Positions 50,376 to 64,000 of a DNA stretch of 64,000 nucleotides are shown piece by piece; the first letter of the stretch is position 1; each line of letters begins with the position of its first letter. Source of the DNA: the human T2T-CHM13v2.0 reference genome, Homo sapiens; the NCBI RefSeq assembly GCF_009914755.1, contig NC_060934.1. One strand, given 5' to 3'. Position numbers and translations under genes: made by a program. Below the pieces are notes generated by a model that worked only from the letters and a program-made list of their open reading frames with translations, did not search any database and had not been told where the DNA came from.

Positions 50376-52024
50376 TTAATTATGATGAACTCTAAAATTT
50401 TAAGTAAGGCTTGAAATCACCTAATAAGATCTAATTGTAAACAATTATGAAAAATCTTTTCACTGGTTGTGCCCCAGTTTTAGAATAATATTGCAAATTT
50501 TCACACACTTGACTAAAATTACATATTTACAAAACTTTACATATTTATAAAATTACCTATTTATTAAAAAGTTCATTTTAAAGACAGGTCTTTGAAATAA
50601 TACTGCATGTTGACTATACATATTCTACATATGATTCATGAATAGATGCAAAGAATGTTGGCAGAGTACATAAATTATTTTATTGTGGCATATTATTAAC
50701 TTGATAAGCATATCACTTAAAAATACTGAATCTTTTCATGTGTCCCAATTAAATCTTTATCATCGAATGGGCTTATAGAAATTTAGTTATTAGAAAACTT
50801 GCTCAGCCAATAAAGAAAAGCATTCATTTTCTATTCTGTATACATGATCTGAAGCCATAGCTTTTTAGGTCTTTTAATCTGTTTGTTCAAGGCCAAGCTA
50901 TTTATATGGATAATTTTTAAAGCATCTGTATAAAGAAAAAAAGAACATTTTATTTATTCACTGGGGTTTTTATGTGCCTTGAAATTGCATAGATAAAGTA
51001 TTTTCGAGCTCATGGATCTGGAAGAGATAAAAGGTCTCTTATTTTATAGGGCTTTATGTAAGCTTTTCAAATATACAGTTTTCTCATGGATAGAATTTTT
51101 TAAATAAAACATTATTTCACTATTATAGCTAGAGTTTGATGTGGGCACCTCTTTTTCTTCCCTGAATTACATGTTAAATTATGTGTTTAAGGTTGTTTTT
51201 ATTGTATTTTACCTTCTGAATTTTAACAGTTTTCCTTTTGGAGAAATTAATTTACCAATCTTCATTTTTAGTAGTGGGCAACTATTTAATAAAACCAGAA
51301 TGCTAAGTGTTAAATATGAGTAGAAAACTCAAAAGTCAGATTTAAGAAACAGAGAATGAAACATACCACTTTGGTTTTTGCAACACGCTGATATGAAGAT
51401 GAAAAATTATTTACCTCCCCCTCCTTAAGAACTTTTGCTAAGCCTGGTAGACTGAGAGAGAAGGAGCATTTTTAAACTCTGGGGCGACTGGATCCAGACT
51501 AGATTCTGGATGAACATTAGCTGCTGTTAGCTCTGCCATGTCAGGGCCAAGAAACAGCTTTCCCTGGCTGGAGCATTCCCAAGCTATCATGGCCATCAGA
51601 CAGGTGGGGAATAAATATTGTAGAATGGTGGGACATTTGGAGAGCTCGCTCCTGATCCCGGGGACTCAATTTGGATGGGCTTCAGTTGGAGCAAACAGGT
51701 GTTCCTGGGAGGAACTGTCCTCAGATGGCTGGAGGGGGTGCCATTCTTTCACACACATAAAAAGTTCCTCTTCCCTCTGCCCGCAGGAAAATTAGAATTA
51801 ACTACAGCTTTTTCTTTTGAAATGGAAAAAGAGAAATAAAAATATGGCACCAGGTTTTGGCTCTGGCTGGATTTCCACAGAGCATGCAATCTATGATAAG
51901 TGATGAGAATTCTTGAAGCAAAGCATGCTTGTAGTTTCAACATTGGAGATGCTATAAAAAGTAGATGAATGCAAAGAATCTTTTTACCAAAAGATGTACC
52001 TATAAAATCAAATAGTCTTTCCTT

Positions 52025-52150
52025 CTGTTATTCATTTGTTCATTCACCAAATATTTCTGGAGCAGTTGCGATTCCCCAAACACTGGGCTAAGTACTAGGG
52101 ATGAGAGTGTAACATATAACAAGGTCCTGCCCTTATAGTGCTTGGCCTGA
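52025..52150 (-). mobile_element. L2 3' end
   Basis: ttcatttgttcattcaccaaatattt...cactgggctaagtactaggga. Confidence 0.7.
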
Positions 52151-52579
52151 GTTAGTAATTGGTAGGAACATGAAAGTGAACCTGAGTGGTCTTTGGTAGA
52201 CTATAGGCAGAAAGTGGTTGCTGACCTCAGAAAGATTTGTTTTTCTGCAATATTACCATATCAAAGATATGACTAACTTGTTTTATTTGGGAATATTCTT
52301 TTTAAATCATATTTTTCCTATAAAACAGAAAATAGTAATATTAAAGGAATTTTTAAATAAAAAAATTGTTTTTAATCCCTGTACCTTGAAGCAAGCTATT
52401 CCTTTGACCCAAGTATTCCCTTCCAATCTTTCAGTCATGTTTCAAGTTCAATATTATATTGCTCTACTCACTTAATATTATAATCTTAAAGTTTCCACAT
52501 AGCCTTTGTGATTTGTATTTTTGCCAAGTTTTAAAAAGTTATTATAATAACAAAGGATTTTTAAAAACCTCTCATTTGG

Positions 52580-52929
<350 letters not shown>

Positions 52930-53244
52930 TCATAATTATACTGGCTAAAGGTCACAACTATTAATTGGCATATTTTATTCCAGTTTTTTCTGTGTATTTT
53001 ATGTACAACATATAAAACTTTATATCCTATTATTTGCATTAAGAGTAAACGGAAAGTGTTTTCCCATGCCATTAAAAACTCTTTGTAATCATTATTTATA
53101 TGGTTGTATGGTATTCCCTCATAGAAATATTTCCTTTCTGTTAAACATACAGGTTTTTTCTAGCTTATAGCTATACAGTGAAGCTATGTATCTTCATTCA
53201 TAAACTATATTATTTGCTTAGTGTGGCATCCTTGAAGATAATAA

Positions 53245-53556
<312 letters not shown>

Positions 53557-53569
53557 TGCTCATCTCTTT

Positions 53570-54560
53570 TATGACTTCCTCATTCTTGAGTTCTTAGCTC
53601 TCTAATCTTGAAGTCAGCTGGGATATATCTTCAAATAACTTTTCAAGAAAGGTATATGATTTGGATCTGTTTTTTCTATATAGGAACTGCCACCAACTGC
53701 ATATATGTGACATACACATGTGTATGTATCTGTGTACATTGGGCTGGCCGTAATATTTTTAGATCCTACCCTTCTTAGGAATCTATAGATGTGGAACCAT
53801 TGTCTTCTGGCATTTCGTGTTTCAGAATAGCAGAAAAATAGACCAATTTATGATACTCTGGAGTGACATGTTGTAGGTTTTCTTTGTTTAGTTTTGGTTT
53901 TTTAAATCTTTGGAATTGAACAGAGTCTAGATATTTCTATATATGATGACTTTCACTCATTTTGCATGGATCACAGAACTTTAAATCTGCAAATTCAAGT
54001 CTTCCCTCTACCTACCAGAAGCGGTTTTTTAAAAATCATGTCTTGGATTATTGCTTCCATTTCAAATTTTCTGGTGTCAGGATCATCCATGATTCTCACA
54101 CTAGACCTCTGTATCTCTTATGTTTGTCATGTTTTAAAAATAATTTTTTTCTCTTCTTTTTCTTCTCATTTATCTCCAACACCATTAACTCCCCTCTCTA
54201 GCATTGTTTCTAGTCTGTGCTGCTGGTTATGTGAGTATTAATGCTGCTGTTGCATTACTGGTTTCCTTGAAATCTTTTCTTTATCCTATTGCCTCATCTC
54301 TTATCTCCTTGAAGTCTCGCTGGTTCTTACCTTACCGTTTTCTGCCCTGGCTTTATAAAGCTTTACCTTCTTACTGTTTTTATTAAGGACACCAAAGTAT
54401 TTTCAAAAACATTTTTTGGTTTCTTTAGTTCATAAGTTTCAGAATCGCATTCTTTCTCAGAATCTTTAGGATGTTGTTGTTTTTTTCCCCCCTTGTTCTG
54501 TAGTATTGATTTTTCCCATCAACCTCATGTTATTTTGAGTTTTTTATTTAGTTACTTTTC
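53570..54560 (-). mobile_element. Ancient L1/HAL1-like fragment
   Basis: T-rich degraded ORF1-like text (ccattgtcttctggcattt). Boundaries uncertain. Confidence 0.45.
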
Positions 54561-55913
54561 AAAACGACTTCTTGAATCTGCAAATGGAGAGCTGCTTGAT
54601 ATGCTCGCCTCTGTCCCAATTCCCTTTGTCTGTGGACTGTCTTTATTGGAAAGAAATGAGACTTCTTCCTTCTCCCACTCCTTGACTCTGTTGGGAAAAA
54701 TGTCCACCCCTTATGTGTACAACTGTCATATCCTTCCCAAGCTTACCCTGCCACCACCACAAAAAAACACACTATTTATGAAGACCACAGTTCCCAGAAT
54801 TCAGTGCATGATGCCATACCTTCTCTATAGCTACCTAATACTGATTTATTGTTTTCCTGGGAACTCTGGTTTCCTTACTGCATATGGAACAGAAACAAGA
54901 TGGGGAATGTGGAGAAAAGGAAAAGAAGACAGCAGTCCAAATACCTCCTGAGTTACGATACTTATAAGAGAGATTGCATCTTGATTTCTGGTTGTTACAA
55001 ACCATGCACTTTCTATCTAGTAGAAGACTATGTGGCAGGTGAACCACTTCTTTCATTTTTCAGCACAGTTCATTTTTTGTAGCAGTAGAAAATCCTAGGC
55101 TCTGGCAGTTTGTGATGTAAGTTTTGGTGGTGTAAATTTTCATCATCTTCTATTTTCTTCATTCAAATGTAATGGACACTTTGATAGGGGCAGCATTAGG
55201 ATCCATGGAGAGGCACCATTGTAAACTGGAAGCTGAGTGATTTTTAAAATTGCCCTAGATAAGGGGGCCATACAAACTATTTCTATAGCCCTACCCTTGG
55301 GCCTGTCTGCCTGGGTGGTCCTGTTTTAACTGTTGGTATTTAATTATTGATGATTTACTGACACAAGGCATGGAAGCCTTAGGGAAAATGAATTCCGACG
55401 TGCTAGTTTCTTTAGATGAATCTTCTTTGAGGTTTAAGTGTCCTTCTAAGTGGTATAGTGAGGCAGGATTTCGGGGGCCATTTCAAATACTGCCTCGCAA
55501 AGTCAGCCACGGTGTAAGTGCCTACTATATGCTCTGGACAGAATGAACCTTATTAAAGGGCCTAGTTCTTTCATAGTTTTCATGTAACCCATTGATGTCT
55601 TTCTTTTCACACGTTATTTCCTCTTGAACATCACTGGTTTCGTGGTGTTTTTCTAAGGCTTCTGAAAGGTACTACAAACTATGTATATAGACAGGATTGA
55701 ACTCCACCAGAAGGTGGAATTTTTCTTTAGGGGCACTGTGCCATCAAAACTGAGCTGGTGCCCAAATGCCTCCCTTTAGAGCTTGCTGCCTTGATCATGC
55801 AGCTGAGCTGTCTTCTCAGATGCTCTGTGGGCACCGCTGTAACCTGTTCCCTCAGCTCTGCTGAGTGTGGCATAATCAGATTCCTTGCTGAGAATCGGTG
55901 AATGGAGGGGTAG

Positions 55914-56349
<436 letters not shown>

Positions 56350-56736
56350 AACTTTTTTTTTAAGCAACAATTTTGCTTTAATAGGACTTGAAAATTTTCA
56401 CCCAGTTTTGCTTTAGGGAAAAATGTATCAACAATATGTCTTGTCAAGATATTATTTTGTAACATTTTCAGAATGAAACCCATCTCTGGGCACTGGGGTT
56501 CATTCTTGGTGCACAACTGCCTCGTTGATCAAGTTCTCTGGCTTTTATTATTTCTGCTTGCAAATAGAGATACAAAACAGCCAGCCTCAGAAGAAGGAGG
56601 GGCTGATTTCATCAGCATGACTAAAGCTGACAGAGTACTTGAGAGGACCTGGCAGGGTACTGCAGAACATCTTGGCCTTGCAGATCTGTGAGAAGGAAAT
56701 GGGCACAGCCCTACAGACATGAACCAATGGACATGA

Positions 56737-57135
<399 letters not shown>

Positions 57136-57336
57136 TAAAGAAAAGGAAAAAAAATCACTCCTAACACCATAACCTACCCCATCTACAATGATCTCTCCCC
57201 TCCCTTTTTTTTAGTTTTTACTTTTTATTCATCTGTTGACATTTTTCTTCATATGGCTCTAATTGTAGTGTAGCCAGTTTTAAGTTCTGCCTTTTTGTTG
57301 TTAACATTGCAGCTTGTACTACTAATGTCAATTTTT

Positions 57337-57656
<320 letters not shown>

Positions 57657-58567
57657 TACTAATGCCAATTTTTCATAGTTATTATAGTTATTGTCAGTAG
57701 TGGGTTTTTTAAAAATCAAGTTATTATGACATATATGGAGGCTCAGGAAAGCCCAGCAGTGTGTGGTTGACATTAATTTGGTTTCAGAAAATAAAAGGGC
57801 TGCCTCTAGCATGTCCTTAGAGCTCCTCAGCCTGGTATTTAAGAGCACTCTCAGTTTTGACAACTGGGTACTGAGAATTATTTGTACCTTTCTATAGTGA
57901 CCATCCAAACCACTTGCATGTATTAATTTTAACGTGTTTGATGATAATATTGATGACAAAAATGTATGTATAAGCAGAGCAGGCAAGTCACTCTGGTAGG
58001 GAAAAGTGCAGTGAATTCCAGAAATAGCCCCACTTTTCCCAAGGTATTCCCTACCTGACTGGAAGGTAATACTGAACTTGGGTTAAGGCTCCATGCATTG
58101 TCTTCATCAGATGTCAGTGCTTGGAAATGTCATCAGTAACAGTCATGTGCACCTACCTGGTCATGTGTTAACCAAGTGTAATGTGTCTCCACCTTGCACA
58201 AAGCACTGAGGGGCAGCCTCTGCATTCTGGAGGTCAGGAGGAGGGCCTGAGGGAAGGGTGGTTTTGGAGCTGACTCCAGGAGACATGGGTGGGGTGCCCT
58301 GGTAGGAGGTGCTGGACAGCCAGGGGGCAGCATGGGAGCATTTTGTATGTGATGAAGGAGGACAGAGAATTGGAAGAGGGGGATAAACGAAAACGTCACC
58401 GTTCTTCCTGAGCCCAGCCCTGGGGAGGATGATGGATGACTTTTTGTCATCTTTTGTATTTCCTCGGGGCAGCTAAAGCAGAATCTCTCCACTGAGACCA
58501 GAGGTTGAAAACTGGAAGTCTGTGGGCCACAAGTGGCCTACAGATTTTTTTACTTTTGCTCTGCACA

Positions 58568-59230
58568 GTTTTTTTTTTAATTATTATTTACATACAACAA
58601 AATTCACCCATTTTAACTGTAGAGTTGGATGTTTGTTGGTATGCATATGCAGCTGTGTTGCCTTGCTCCACCACCACACATCAAGATATAGAACAGTTCC
58701 CTCACTCCAGAAGTTTCCTCCTACCCCTTTGCATTCAAATCTCTTTCCCCACCCTGCCACAGAGAGCCACTGATCTGCTTCCTGACATTAGAGTTTTGCC
58801 TTTTCTAAAATTTCATGTAAATGGAATTATACAGTGTGTCATCTTTTGTATATGACTTCTTTCATTTGCATAGAGCTTTTGAAATTAATCCATGTAGTTG
58901 CATATGTCAGTATTTCATTCCTTTTAATTGCTGAGTAATATTCCAGAGTGGGGGTATACTACAATTTATCTATTCACCAGTAGATGAATGTGTAAGTTGC
59001 TTCCAGTTTGGGGCTATTTTAAATAACGCTGCTGTGAATATTTGTGTATATATCTTTTTGCAGACATAGGTTTTCGTTTCTCTTGGTAAATACTTAGGAG
59101 TAGGATTGATGGGTCATATGGTAAGTATATGTTTAATTTTATAAGAACCTATCCGATTGTTCCCAAAGACACTGAACCATTTTGCAGTCCCATAAACATG
59201 GATGAGAGTTCCGGTTGCTCTCCATCATTG
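58568..59230 (-). mobile_element. Old L1 (L1MC/MB/ME-like) 3' fragment
   Basis: aaaattcacccattttaactgta...tttcatgtaaatggaattatacagt...ggagtaggattgatgggtcatatggtaag. Confidence 0.85.
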
Positions 59231-59384
59231 CTCTTAAAGCATCCAAACACTCAGAACCCATTAAAGGGCCACATGGCCTCCAGCTCACCCCAGTTCCTAT
59301 TTGACCTATTTTCCTCATTTACATTACCCACCTGTAACCTGTAGGTTTGTGACCTGTGCCATTGAGCAACTTTATGCTCCATAG

Positions 59385-59630
59385 CATATAGCAGGGTGTG
59401 ACAGTTAAGAGCAGGGTCTATGGAGATTCTCGGTTGGAATCTCCATCTTGCCATTTATAAGCTGTCACTTTGGACTTCTCTCTGAATTCGCTTCTTCATC
59501 GGTAAAATGCTAAAAACACCTTATTTATTAGCTGGCTAGTTGTAAAAATGAAAAATATAGAGCATGTGAAGCATCCATCACAGGACTGGGCCTGTAGAAA
59601 ATGTACAATAGATGGTACCTGTTAGTATCC
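59385..59630 (+). mobile_element. MIR
   Basis: gttaagagcagggtctatggag...ttcttcatcggtaaaatg. Confidence 0.7.
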
Positions 59631-59793
59631 ATGCAATAGCCCCATGATTGTCTATTATATGTGTGTGCATCAGAGTCACCTGCACAGATTCTTTTTAAAA
59701 CATAGCTCCTGCCCTAGCCATAGGTGCCCCTGCCCCAGCCCTCCTTCAGAATGAGAACTTCCCAGGCTGGGCCTGTGCATATGCATTGTTTTA

Positions 59794-60204
<411 letters not shown>

Positions 60205-61689
60205 CTAAACTCAGTTCTACTGCCAACTAGCTATGTGACTTTGGACAAATCACTTAATCTCTCTGAGAGAGCTAGTTTAGTTGAGATATGACTGTAGCAA
60301 ATTTGGTCTTTCACAATGATTAGGTTCTTCTTGGTGGACAGTAGCTACATTTCGAGGCAGAGGAATTGGAGGTGGTTGAGGGCTATGCCTGTATCACAAG
60401 TGATATATCCAAATGAAAGCAAATCTCAGCCTGGATTCAGGCATACATAGAAATGTGAGTTAGCAGGCATGCACAAAACCATCACTCAGCATGTCCAATA
60501 GGCCCAATGAAGTCCTGTCCTCTTTCCTGATGGGAGGGTACATTGACAGCAACTTGCATGGAAGGTTCACTTGAGGCAGATGTGAGACTATGCAGCAATG
60601 GGAGTTGGCTAACCTTCTAGTCAAAGTGACATGGTAAAATCCTCCCTTGAATGGATGGATTCAGACCAAAATCTGAATTCAAGGACACCATTCAGGGAGA
60701 CTCAATTGGGATCACTGCATTCTGATAACCTTTCCATGCATGCTGTGGAAGTGCAAGTGACACTATTTCAAGCCAGTCCACATATCTTCAATACTGTTTC
60801 TAATGTCTTAATAATTATTAGTTATGCTAATTAAGAGTAATTAATTAATAAGATAAAGATAGCTGCCACACATGTATGAGCTGCCTCTGGAATGTGGCTT
60901 TTCATTAGTCTTTTAAATGTTACTAAACACCTCTGAAATGTATATTCCCATTAGCCCACTTCAGTTACAAACTCACCACCCTAGAGTGTAGATTAAAATA
61001 ACTAATGCACATATATGTCTCCCTATCTGTGCAGAAATGCTTTAAAGTTAATTACAGACGGTATAACAGTTGATTTCTGGGGTTCCATCCAAACTTAAGA
61101 TTCTACAATTCTACAAATGAAGGGTCCTAGTAAATGTACTTGTTTCTCCTCATTCTTCTGTCTGCTCTTTCTGGAAGCCTCTGAATTCCCCAGGCCATGT
61201 CAGTGTCTTTCCCCTCCCTGCACCTTCATGGAAGCACACACTTCTTTCATGGCATCTTACTTCAGGCCCAGAAACATGCACTGAGGATTCCAGCCTTTGT
61301 AAAATGGCATCTCTTTTGATTTACCCACACTGACCTACCTTATTTCCCAGATGTCAATGATTTGAGTAGTACCATCACTGTTTTTATTGTGGGGAGGTGG
61401 GGAGGGCATACCTACCTGCCTAACACCTATATTATTTTTCCTTTAAATTGGCACAATTTCTTCTTCTTTAGCTTTATCGCACAGAGTATTGCCCATGGTT
61501 TTAATGTGCTAGCTATGCATTTTTTCACACGTTAAAATAGATGCATAACTAAATACCTGAAATAAAATGTTAAAAGTAAGTAATCATCTGCGTGTTGCCT
61601 AAAATCAGCTCTCGTTTCTCCAGTGGTCTGCACACATCACAGTGGGAACCACTGCTGCACTGGCCTTGGCGGGTTCCTTGCCCATCTCC

Positions 61690-61806
61690 CCACCAGACAG
61701 TGAGTCCCTGGAGGACAGGGACGAGCTTTCATCTCTGCCTCACCGTGTCAGTAAATCTGGTGCCTTGTGCATAATATGCATTCAATAAATGTTTGATGAA
61801 TGAATG
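61690..61806 (+). mobile_element. L2 3' end
   Basis: ccagacagtgagtccctggaggacaggg...ttcaataaatgtttgatgaatgaatg. Confidence 0.78.
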
Positions 61807-62048
61807 TCTCTCTCACGAGCACAAGTGAAATACCACAGCAAACACAAATATCTGCTATTTTCTCTCACTTTGATTCCCAACCTCTGATAAACTCTTAAGC
61901 ACTCAAACATGGAATCAAAACATAAATAAGTACCAAACATGTGTAAGTGAAGTGCAGCCCATTTTTCTACCTCTTAAAACTTTTTTCTTAAGTAACTGTT
62001 ATTTATTTAGTTCCCCTAATGTTAAGGGGAAAGAAGTTAAATGATTTA

Positions 62049-62402
<354 letters not shown>

Positions 62403-62744
62403 TTATCTGACACAAGGCTCAAGGCACCTTCACCATGTAAAATGTAAAGATCTTGAAGAACTCTAACTTCCGAGTTGAAAATGGTGCTTGAACAAAAGCA
62501 GTGATCAAATTATTGTCTCAGTTTCCCAGAGGAAGCACAAAAGGTAAATTAAAAGGCCCTAGTTGCTCTTTCTGAGTGCTGACTGACCCAAGATAAATAT
62601 GCACTTGGAGAAATAAAAGGCACTTCTGGCCCAAGAGCCTGTACACATTCAGAGTCTCCACGGGATCACTGTGCCCTCAGTCTTTGTCCCACTGTAGAAC
62701 AAGGCATTCCTGATCCAAAACTTAAAATATTTTATCTGTTTTAA

Positions 62745-63143
<399 letters not shown>

Positions 63144-63180
63144 CTAGTTCCTGGAACAGAATGGACACTCAGGAAGTATT

Positions 63181-63236
63181 TGGATGGATGGATGGATGGA
63201 TGGGTGGATGGATGGATGGATGGACGGACGGACAGA
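63181..63236. repeat. (TGGA)n grading to (CGGA)n, grown from an L2 tail
   Basis: Direct observation; preceded by an L2 3' end at about 63090-63180. Confidence 0.9.
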
Positions 63237-63504
63237 CTTAATGAATAAAAGAACAGACGAGCTGTGACACTAATTTACATGAAGCTTGCTGACTTACCTT
63301 TCTGCATTTTAGTTAAAGATCTGGAAGGAAACATTTAGGAGAGAACTCTAATGTCTGGAAGCATGCCTCTGAATGGCAGAGTTAGTCTCTTTATTTGGGG
63401 TGATTTTTTACTTCTAACCTCCTTTAAACAAAGTTTGACGATTCAGTCTCAAAAAAAAAAAAATCTTTTTCAATCTGAGTTGGTCTCAGAAAGCATATGT
63501 TCCA

Positions 63505-63808
63505 GCTGGGCACGGTGGATCAAGCCTTGTAATCCCAGCACTTTGGGAGGCGGAGGCGGGCAGATCACCTGAAGTCAGGAGTTCGAGACTAGCCTGGCCA
63601 ACATAGTGAAACCCCGTCTCTACTAAAAATACAAAAATTAGCCAGGCATGGTGGCAGGCATCTGTAATCCCAGCTACTCAGGAGGCTGAGGCAGGAGAAT
63701 CACTTGAACCTGGGGGGCAAAGGTTGCAATAAGCTGAGATCACACCACTTCACTCCAGCCCGGGTGACAGAGTGAGACTCTGTCTCCTAAATAAATAAAT
63801 AAATAAAT
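63505..63808 (+). mobile_element. AluSx-like with (TAAA)n tail
   Basis: TSD AGCA(T/A)ATGTTCCA. Confidence 0.95.
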
Positions 63809-64000
63809 AGCAAATGTTCCAAAGTAAACCAGTTGACTGAAAGGTATAAATTCATCTTCCATTTGTTGGATGCCCTTTAAATTATGTGGGAAATGGAACA
63901 CATGAAATTTTTTTTGAGCTTTGTCTTTCTATTAATTTCCAAAAGTGAAAAGTTCAAGTTTAGAGAAACATTTATCTTACCATAGTACCTACCTTGAACT

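Noticed and set aside
54493-54951. 152-aa ORF
   Set aside because: TTG start, decayed repeat or AT-rich context, no recognisable homology or splice framing.
55703-55718. CTCF-like CCACCAGAAGGTGG and short TCCACC/GGTGGA hairpin
   Set aside because: Mismatches at core positions; a 6-bp stem is expected by chance in 64 kb.
60270-61000. Possible ancient repeat or LTR splitting a MIR
   Set aside because: I could not assign a family or boundaries by eye; needs a Dfam search.
61391-61406. G-rich run as a G-quadruplex (likewise about 14788-14802)
   Set aside because: Only three tracts of three or more G.

Overview
Primate genomic DNA, most likely human, AT-rich and mostly intronic, from inside the + strand gene VTI1A (Qb-SNARE). 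Only two short coding exons are present, 37034-37104 and 37753-37814, encoding the C-terminal half of the SNARE motif ((E)QIGQEMLENLSHDREKIQRARER / LRETDANLGKSSRILTGMLR(R)). They are flanked by very long introns. The annotated hairpin MIR4295 lies at about 2974-3058. The rest is a typical repeat landscape: about 25 Alus, old L1/L2/MIR fragments, solo LTRs (MER51-like, MST, MLT1-like), DNA transposon fossils (Tigger3, MER20B, MER5, MER58, MER3, MER102) and microsatellites. Except for the ORF overlapping the first exon, the supplied ORFs are repeat-derived or chance. I found no strongly supported new biological system. The best leads concern RNA processing around the two exons: routes to a VTI1A lacking its transmembrane anchor (stop inside the donor site, a candidate poison exon at 47953-48013), RBFOX motifs upstream of both exons, and an inverted-Alu layout suited to back-splicing. 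A few candidate enhancer motif clusters and hairpins are also listed. Gene, miRNA and repeat-subfamily names are from recognition, not database searches, and old-repeat boundaries are approximate.
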